Below, piece by piece: positions 54,560 to 64,000 of a stretch of DNA of 64,000 nucleotides (within the stretch, counting starts at the first letter, position 1; each line of letters starts with the position of its first letter). The notes under the pieces are model-generated. The model searched no databases. It was given only the letters and a program-made list of their open reading frames with translations, and was not told the DNA's origin. Source of the stretch: Laetmonice hystrix. Its lineage: Eukaryota. The stretch is taken from NCBI GenBank assembly GCA_965235115.1, contig OZ249436.1, positions 50,966,001 through 51,030,000 of the forward strand, given 5' to 3'. The translations under genes and the position numbers were made by a program.

Positions 54560-54810
54560 CTCTCGGTCTGGATTTCTTTGGACGATGACTTGTTTTTTTC
54601 ATGGTCACCAGTTTGTTGGTACCTTGCCCATACTCTGTACATCGTATGGCTGCAGCAGTAAAGACTATATCTGGCTATATCCTGCCCGAAACATGCACTT
54701 CCTGTCTCGCGAAATGAGTACATAACGTTCAGCACTTGTAGGTTTCCGTACCTTCGTGGTAGTAGCAAAATGAAAACCCGTTTACAGTCTGATGTGGTCA
54801 ACCTTTCCAT
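54560..54810 (-). pseudogene. Possible decayed Tc1/mariner transposase N-terminal HTH fragment
   Basis: Translation MERLTTSDCKRVFILL...GQDIARYSLYCCSHTMYRVWARYQQTGD resembles the Tc1 pattern M-x-R-L..R..L / IAR..TxxRxxxRYxxTG. No DDE domain or TIRs found. Confidence 0.3.
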
Positions 54811-57088
54811 CAGCGGAGCATGATGAAGAAGTATATCATGTAAGTAATACAAAATCTATAAAATCGAAATGAAATCGTCTCGCCTGTTACTGTGAAGTGT
54901 TATTTGGAGCATGTTGTGATACTACTGGCCAGTGACTGCACTTCAAAAGGCGTTGCATAATTATGAAATAAGCTCCCATTTGGGAAACGAGTGTGTTGTA
55001 GACATAATGAGTCACTCTCTTTTTGTAATTCCTCTCTCCACCAAGGCGTTTTCTTGTGCAGTTTGTGCGGCAGACCATAAGGGACATTTAGACCTATACT
55101 TTCACACTCGTGAGGAACCGAATGGCACGCAACTGTATCAGACATGAGGAGGTCTCCAAAGGTCACCTTTATTTCCAGTTTCTCTGTTAACTTCCCTTGC
55201 TGCAGTATTGCATACCGTTGTGTGGTCTCACCTGGAGTTGTCAGAGTAACCGCCTCCCACCACCTGACGCATCAGACACACAGAAGGCTCAGATTCCCAC
55301 GGTCCTGGCAGCGCAGTACCGTCAATGTCGCTAGGGGACGCTGGTCCGGCATCTGGTTACGTGATAACTACTCGTTGGCAACGCTTGCCTTCAGTGATGA
55401 CTCACCTCTGTAGTTTTGGTTTTCATTTTAGAAATGAGACATACGTGTCTTCACTCTATTGTAATTCTTGGACTTATCGTATAGTTTCATTATTCATTTG
55501 GATCTTACCTGATTTCTAGTGTTTTTTGAGCTTGCGTCCTTTTGTTTGACAAACTAACCGTGACTGGAGGTAGCGCGCTTGCTCTTGTACCAATAGTATG
55601 GTGTTCAGTAAGTAGTCTATGGAAATGTCCATTAATCTCAGGCTCGTGTCGATGTCAACCGACTGTCATCAGTGGTACGCCTTGAATACTTGTGTAGATT
55701 GTTTCACATCAGGTATTGGTGGCATTAAGGCTACATCAAGGTATACCTGACATCACTATCAACTATCATCATACCAGAGAGACCAGTCAATTATAAAGTA
55801 CAGCAACTATTTAGTGCGGGCATACCGGGGATCCTTGGCGGTCCTTCACAAGTTAGAAGATAAAGACAACTGCTGGTCTTCTTTATTTTTAATTTTTCTA
55901 AACATTCATTCTCTAAAAAAGAAATCCGCTTTGTTTTCAATGTAATTTGTAAAATATATTATCCGGAAAGGATAGGGGGAAGGGGAGGGGCGCTGCAGTA
56001 GAGTGACTAGCTACCATTTAATATACCATGACTTAATATGTTTCAGTATTAAAACAAAGCTTCCAAACAGATCAGGAGGCTGTCGGGAGAGACAGACAAG
56101 GAGTCTGGCCGGGGTGTAGAAAGTCATTAATGTGTGCTGTTAGAACGAAATCGTATCGCATTCCTTTTACAGAGGTCTATCCCATTAAGTAACCATGTGC
56201 CACCGTGAATGCATACCTGTGGCGAGACTGCGGTAACGTACTTCACGGCGGGTCGCTGGTACATAACGATGTCTACACAGCACAGGCAGAGTACCTGAAG
56301 TATTATTGGCTGATGTCTACCTACAGTGATAGAAGTCCTATATATCATGGCTTCCTTCACCTTGGTCACTGGTGAAATGTTGTGGTTTAGTTTACTGAAT
56401 GAGTTGCACGCCTAGCAGTGATTCCGTATTCTATGTGAGGATTACTACACGTATATCTAATCTGCAGATTTTTCATCAATTTGTATTTTCATCCCATCAA
56501 ATCTTGAACATAAATATGACAGCAATTTTTCTCACAGAGATTTAATTAAACACCTGGCCACATATGTTGGTAAAGATTAGATGGTGACATCGAGATGCAC
56601 CATGGGACTAGCTTTCATTATTATATTACAACGCTGGCTACTGTAGCTTTTAAAATCTTTGTGTACACTCGGAGCACTCAATTAAAGCACATGTAGCTCA
56701 GATTTTGTAATCAATGACTTTCAAAGAGAGCTGATCTTTAAGAAAACATGCACGTTTAGTATATTAGAGATGATCAAACATAGCAGCCGCTGCCATCAGT
56801 TTGGTGTGACGTCGCCGAGACGCACTGTGGTACGTTGTAACGTTACGTATACTCTGCGACTACCCGACAGTTGGCGTGATGACTCTCAACCCTCCAGGGT
56901 ATGCAGTAACACTTGCGCCCGACCATACTGAAGAGCAGCACGAGGTCATCACCTCTGGTTTGATAATTATGAGAAACATCCACTATTTATGCGAGTAGTA
57001 CATAGACCATCGTTCGGAGGAGGAACCCACGTGTGCATATTTAATGCCCATTGTTGCTTCGTTAACATGGTCGAAACTATGATGGAAG

Positions 57089-57092
<4 letters not shown>

Positions 57093-57131
<39 letters not shown>

Positions 57132-57157
57132 AAGAAAGAAAGAGAGAGAGATAGATG

Positions 57158-57192
<35 letters not shown>
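57093..57192. repeat. Compound (AG)n-(AAAG)n-(GCAG)n microsatellite
   Basis: Directly visible in the sequence. Confidence 0.9.
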
Positions 57193-57640
57193 AGAAAAGG
57201 GGGAGGGGCAACGGAGGGGCAGGCGGTAACGACTAACGTATTCTTTTTTTTTTAAATTATTAGGGTACTTTTTGTTGACATTATTGTCTTCAAAGGGCAA
57301 TCGCTGTACACATCATCTATAGGTTGAAAGACGAATACAGTCTCTTTGCACAGTAAACTATATAGGTGAAATATAATCCCCGTTGCTTTGGTTATACGGC
57401 ATAGTGGCTGTTCTGTTTAAGCCGAGGCTTTCAGTACACAAAGTATAATATTTCATAAGAGCGACCCCCCCCCCCAACCTACCCACTCAGGAGATCATCA
57501 AAGACCCAGTAAACCCTTGCACTAACACCATCAAGGTTTCTTGGCAAGAGGATATATAAGGTCTATCCGGTGCTGGTAACAGCGCGTCTTCTGTCGTTAT
57601 CGTAATCAATCAATAAAAACACTAATCAGTTTGCTAACGC

Positions 57641-58544
57641 TCATTACCCACACTATTTTATTGTAAGTCTATGGGTACGAACCTAGCAGTTGGACGTCTC
57701 TCCCTACTGCTTATTACCCACACTATTTTATTGTAAGTCTATGGGTACGAACCTAGCAGTTGGACATCTCTCCCTACTGGTTATTACCCACACTATTTTA
57801 TTGTAAGTCTATGGGTACGAACCTAGCAGTTGGACGTCTCTCCCTACGGCTCATTACCCACACTATTTTATTGTAAGTCTATGGGTACGAACCTAGCAGT
57901 TGGACGTCTCTCCCTACTGGTTATTACCCACACTATTTTATTGTAAGTCTATGGGTACGAACCTAGCAGTTGGACGTCTCTCCCTACTGCTTATTACCCA
58001 CACTATTTTATTGTAAGTCTATGGGTACGAACCTAGCAGTTGGACATCTCTCCCTACGGCTCATTACCCACACTATTTTATTGTAAGTCTATGGGTACGA
58101 ACCTAGCAGTTGGACGTCTCTCCCTACTGGTTATTACCCACACTATTTTATTGTAAGTCTATGGGTACGAACCTAGCAGTTGGACGTCTCTCCCTACTGG
58201 TTATTACCCACACTATTTTATTGTAAGTCTATGGGTACGAACCTAGCAGTTGGACATCTCTCCCTACGGCTCATTACCCACACTATTTTATTGTAAGTCT
58301 ATGGGTACGAACCTAGCAGTTGGACGTCTCTCCCTACTGGTTATTACCCACACTATTTTATTGTAAGTCTATGGGTACGAACCTAGCAGTTGGACGTCTC
58401 TCCCTACTGGTTATTACCCACACTATTTTATTGTAAGTCTATGGGTACGAACCTAGCAGTTGGACGTCTCTCCCTACTGGTTATTACCCACACTATTTTA
58501 TTGTAAGTCTATGGGTACGAACCTAGCAGTTGGACGTCTCTCCC
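57641..58544. repeat. 70-bp minisatellite, about 13 copies
   Basis: Unit T(T/C)ATTACCCACACTATTTTATTGTAAGTCTATGGGTACGAACCTAGCAGTTGGAC(G/A)TCTCTCCCTACTGG with an exact 70-nt period. Confidence 0.97.
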
Positions 58545-59076
58545 AAGAGACTAAGTAATTTTAATGGATTGCTCCGCGTGGAGGTGTGTGTGAATGTAAA
58601 CCTCATCATCTTGATCTCTCCCGCCCCTGCTCCTACCCCCATCACCACCCATGCCGCTTCAATTCAAACAACCCTCTCCTCATTTTTTACTCTCTTTGCT
58701 AATTTACCCCGCCCCCGCTAATGTCTTCCTATGAAACACCTGGGTCCGTAGCCTCGTCTAAACGAAAATGGCGGGCGCCACTGAAGCCTTCAAAAACGGG
58801 AAGTATATCCCGACAGCTTACTGGCCCGTAGCGTTCTGCCCACTTGGGTTTATGCCGATTCCTGTTGTAATTTCTGTGGCGTGACCGCACGTCATGTGTC
58901 AACTTCCCAGGCATTAATCGACCGAATCGATATGGTAAGGGACAGAGTGAAATATGACCTAGTTTATTAGTGTTTTCTCACGGAGTGAAGTGTCGAGGTA
59001 GGCCTAAGTGTAGCAAATACTGACAATTAAATGGTATGAAAGGAAATACTGGAATTATGAAACATCACCTCCTTAA

Positions 59077-59600
59077 AGGAAATATGTCACGGTGGGTATG
59101 GACCGAAATCTTCAGTTTTCTGCTTACCTGCTCACCACTGACGTACTTTGCGGCACTGATTGTTTTTCATATTGATTCTGTTAACACATACTACGAGTAG
59201 AGACCTGTGAAATTATCCCTAATGTAGAAAAATGAATAAAACTAGCTGCAGTGTCCGCAAAGTGCGATGGATCCGCCATTTTGGCCCCCTTTGGCTGCCG
59301 CGAATCGTTTGAACGGGTCCCTCGCTGTGATTACTCGAGATATAAACACGCCCTATAATGGCCCATCCGCCGACCGTGTGAAAAGGGTGCAAAATACAGC
59401 CGGCTGCAAATTCCGGGGTCTCGGAATCCATGTGTGTCATTTTCAGTGACCGCTTTAGGAATTGGCGAATTTTTTTTACAAAATACCGGCCATAGCTACA
59501 TAAACAGGTAGGGGGCCCTTGGGGCATATCGGAGAACCGCAATGTAGACATATTTTTGCTGAAACACGACGTATTATTTGAAATTCGTGACATATTACCT
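59077..59600. mobile_element. Kolobok-like non-autonomous element
   Basis: TIR AGGAAATATGTCACG / CGTGACATATTACCT (14/15 match), TTAA on both flanks, AG..CT termini. Confidence 0.75.
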
Positions 59601-60183
59601 TTAATTTCTGAGGATTTTTGGTCAGAAGCCCAAATATATCACCACGAATACATACAAGACTGAACTTACATTTGACCATTACATGCAAGTCGCATCGAGA
59701 CACAGACGGCATCACTTAGCCTCGATATGGCTTTGGCCGTTAGAGGTCGTCATACTGAATATATACATGTTTGGGGAAGTGGTGCTAACATTTGTAGTTC
59801 TGTGAGGTATTTGTCTTCAGTCAGTGGTGTACTGGATACGTAGAAAGCCTTTCTCTAGGACTGAAAACCCGAGTAAAACGATTTGTAAACGTACACAGGG
59901 CCATGGGCTCATGGGCACAGTAAATGGCATTTAGAGTATCCTAAACACATTGCTGTTCCTACAAACATAGACATTATAGCTCACCATTATAAAGCAACTA
60001 ATCTTGTCCTATAACCATGGAAAATCGGTATCAATATTAGATTGCTAATGACGTAAGCGTCATGTCGGCCATGATTATTAAACCTCACTCTGCCATCATC
60101 AGGCACTGCCACCTAGCGGGCACGCAGAGCGACTCCGCGGCCTCGGGAGGAGCAAAATGTTACGACCTTTTACGGATCTTTAA

Positions 60184-60733
60184 AGGGGCATGCTAGGAAA
60201 CACGTTTTTGAGGATTTCCGGGAATAATTATCCAACATGACCGTGTACTAGGGATCCAAGTAAATAATCCTACCACATCATTTTGTCCTCGGACGTGTTT
60301 TCGCTGCGTATGCAGCACAAGTAGGTTCTATACGACCAAACCTATAGATTTCTCCCGATAGCACATCTCCCGCCATAATTTTGCGGACAACCCCCCCCCC
60401 CCCATCAACCCGTGTAATTGCATACTGTGGCACATCCTGTGTGTGCACACTCCGCATGTGCTTAGTCACGTGCTTTGCTTAGTTGTAAACAATTCAGCAG
60501 TTGCACTTGATCGTCCGGCATCAAAATACCACCCAAAGAATATTTTACGAAATCGGCAGAGAAGCAGGCAAGGGAGCTTCATAAACTTGGATTTCTCATG
60601 CAAAATGAAACTGATAAGTCTGTCTTTGTTTACCAAGCAATTTTAATGAAGGATCTCTTCATGAAAACAGCAAAAGTTCTTTGAAATACCGATTTTTCAC
60701 GTTTCCTCATAATACACAAACATGTATGCCCCT
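60184..60733. mobile_element. Kolobok-like non-autonomous element (second family)
   Basis: TIR AGGGGCATGC / GTATGCCCCT with TTAA on both flanks. Confidence 0.65.
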
Positions 60734-61755
60734 TTAAAAGTAACAATTACGGATATAATAGAGAATTCGCAATGCCATGACTGTTCTCGTGAAACTAGTA
60801 ACAATAATCATGTGGGGTAAAAACCTCATTGGATGTCTCTTCATAAAAAGCTAAAGGAATAGTAGACATGTTTCTATAGCAATGCGAACAATCAGTGGAG
60901 AATGTGCAAATGGTGAAGAAACACAGCAATCTTTAGTTGGTTCTGTCCTCTGCAGTGCTCGTAACCATCATTAACGTGTAATTAGTGGCGGCAGTCCAGT
61001 TACAATGTTCAGATGATTGCGTTCTCAAGTATCTTTTGTTTAGTTTGTTTAGTTTATCAATAATCGGTGCCAAACCAAACTACAAAATGGAAACACTAAA
61101 TTAAAAGTCCATGTTTCAACTTTTTTTGTGTTTATATGCTGAACGGAACGGCTTTCACTCAGCCGTAATGGATGCATAGATTGTTTGCCTGTCATCCCAA
61201 AACTACTGTTAACAATGAGACAACCTTTATGGTCAAACACTTGCTTGGAGTATACTAAAACCTGTAGGGGGCTACCCATCCAATATTACTATGCGTACCG
61301 TGAGTAAATTTATCTCTTTTTAACTAATCGTTGCCATGGGACACGGGTTTTAGAAACCAAGCCAGGGTCTCCGAAAGCATATAAACCAAACATCAAGGAC
61401 TCTCCAGATCAAGTTAGAGCCGGTGGAGCTGTGACAACATGAACTGTGTTTCTGATACCACATGAAACTGTACACGGTGTATAAAGAAAAACCAGTCGAA
61501 TTGAAGCCCAGCATTATTTCAGGAAAATAACATAATGTAAGTCTAAGAGATGAATTCTAGATACCTTTGACACGTGAAATATTTGGTGCTCTTTCATTGA
61601 ACCCCCCCCCCCCCCAAGATATTGCTATCGGACATCCGTAGCAATATGTTCAAACTCAACGTATTATTTGAAAGGGGGTTGTTGGCCTAACATTATGGTT
61701 TCCCCTTATTTAAGGATATTCGGTACAGGATACCCTGTATTGGTCCGGCTCACAA

Positions 61756-62259
61756 CGATACATTCCTGGGTCTCTTCACGACTTGATAATGTCAGGCCAG
61801 GGCATTCTCGCTTACACAGTTACAGACTGACAGAATATTCACACTTGTAGCGATACATTCCTGGGTCTCTTTACGACTTGATAATGTCAGGCTAGGGCAT
61901 TCTCGCTTACAAAGTTACAGACTGACAGAATATTCACACTTGTAGCGATACATTCCTGGGTCTCTTCACGACTTGAAAATTATAGGTTATAGGGCATTCT
62001 CGCTTACACAGTTACAGACTGACAGAATATTCACACTTGTAGCGATACTTTCCCGGGTCTCTTCACGACTTGAAAATGTCAGGTTATAGGACATTCTCGC
62101 TTACACAGTTACAGACTGACAGAATATTCACACTTGAAGCGATACATTCCTGGGTCTCTTCACGACTTGATAATGTCAGGCTAGGACATTCTCGCTTACA
62201 CAGTTACAGCACAGAATAGGTACTCTGTGGTTACAGGCTGACAGAATATTCACACTTGT
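61756..62259. repeat. About 95-bp tandem repeat, about 5 copies
   Basis: Unit CGATACATTCCTGGGTCTCTTCACGACTTGATAATGTCAGG...CATTCTCGCTTACACAGTTACAGACTGACAGAATATTCACACTTGTAG. Confidence 0.93.
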
Positions 62260-64000
62260 TACATTACTGCCCTTAAAGGGATATTATACACATGCAAGGC
62301 ATTCTGCTCACTAGCATATTTAGAGGTGTTTAGTGCGGACCTCGGCCCTGAGTTGGCTATGGTATCTAATAGTGATATGATACATACAACAGCTCCCTGC
62401 CAGTAAACTGTACTTCCCATCCGACACTATTGATATTAGATATAACGGTCTTTTTTTACCTAATCAACAACTTCCTCGGGCCCAGCTGGCTTATGCGCTG
62501 CACGCGTCGAACGGTAATCGTGCATTAAGCCACAACCACTTCTCCCACGTTCAACAAGTCACTGCCTTGGAATAACACCCCATGTCTGCGTTTTATTTAG
62601 ATGTCTGAATATCACTTACCCACCACTAATGGCGGAAGCTAGTGGAGAGGGTATGGAGCAGTCTGGCCATTAATGTCGCGCCAAACTGTCGGCGTGACCT
62701 TCTGTGCGACCCCGGCCGGCGTGTCGCTATGTATATGTGTGGCTCGCCTGATTGGCTTCGATCGGAAGCCACGTATGTGCTACCCGCGTGAAGGCCACCT
62801 GCACTGGGCCCGAACACCTGGCACCGACCGATCAGATGGAGGGACGCAACGGGCAAATCAGTGGTATAGAGGGTCAGGGCGCCTGTGGTGAGGAGAGTAG
62901 ACTTACAACATGGCCGTAAAGGAAAAAGCAAATCAAACAAGTAAGGCCATTAAACTGAGAGTACCTCAAAAGACCAGCTGGGTGTATGCTTCAGAATCTA
63001 TAGATATAGTTTGTATGTAGGCCCTATACGTCTGTTGACGTGCCCGCAGTAAAAGTTAAATTTGCAACATATGCAACTTTAAACAACAATGCCGTGGAAG
63101 GGCACTTTGAATTATGAAATCAATAAAAGCACCGTCCACTGAAACCTGGGAGGATCGCGTTACTGGCTAGCATGGGTTCTGATTACAGCCGACTGCAAGC
63201 CATGTTTGGGGAGGACTAGCGTTCGGCGGACCACAGCCAGGGTCCCCATAGCAAACAGTTTGCCACCGCTTTGCCGCACATTATGACCGCACGTCCGGGA
63301 CCGCACGTCCGGAGTGGTACCCAGCGCGAAGTTTCCGCGTAAACATGTTGTCAACTCGCGCTCATGAAAAGGCCGGCTGGAATCCTTGAGACATGTTTGT
63401 ACAGTTCAAAAAACGAATTATTCCCGTGTGGATATTGAATCGGTTGAGTCTACAGCAGGGGACCTGGACCTCGTATCAAATGTTGTCATGTTAGTGGCGA
63501 TCTGTGTGTATTGATCGGACGGGGCTGGGGTGCCGAGGTGAGGTGGGGTGGGGGTGTTATAACCCCATCCTTTACAGCATAGGCCTGGTAACATCATTCC
63601 TACACACAATATATCACTATGTCGAATGCCAAAAGGTTTCTGCGTGCCTATAACGTGTAAACAATGTCCTGGAAAGAGCCGAAATACTTCCGTAGATGAA
63701 ACCTTTACGTCGTATATAAATACCGTCAGCTATCCGTACTGGATCTGTGCCTTTTGACGTCACGATCGAGAGCTTCCGGTCGAGGTCCGGTTTACGCCTG
63801 TTTCACTAAATGTTGCTCCTATCCTCGAGGTGGACTAAAGTTGAGGAATTCAGACAGAGTTATATTTATGTTATATCCAACATTTAATAGAATCCATTGA
63901 CACGACCCCACAATGTTACAATAGGGGTCGATGTATACTATACGAGTACAGACCTATTGGCCTATACAATAGTGGATGCTATCAGACTCGGGGCGCCTAC

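Overview
Eukaryotic genomic DNA, most likely an invertebrate metazoan: spliceosomal introns, (CCCTAA)n tracts and many MITEs and minisatellites. Two multi-exon + strand genes can be reconstructed by hand with consistent splice phases. (1) 13562-27665, 13 exons, about 587 aa: a single-pass receptor tyrosine kinase-fold protein with a signal peptide, a compact cysteine-free ectodomain I do not recognise, a TM helix and a kinase domain predicted to be catalytically dead (HRD>HRN, DFG>SFG, degenerate Gly loop). (2) 29932-47066, 20 exons, about 670 aa: a classical calpain (CysPc with intact C/H/N triad, C2-like/CBSW, penta-EF-hand) that uses a U12-type intron and a GC-AG intron. The rest is non-coding: eight large minisatellite arrays, Harbinger-, CACTA-, Kolobok- and Ginger-like non-autonomous DNA elements, SINE fragments and microsatellites. 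Most entries in the ORF track are repeat artefacts. I found no CRISPR, rRNA or tRNA genes. The most novel element is the receptor pseudokinase with an unclassified ectodomain.
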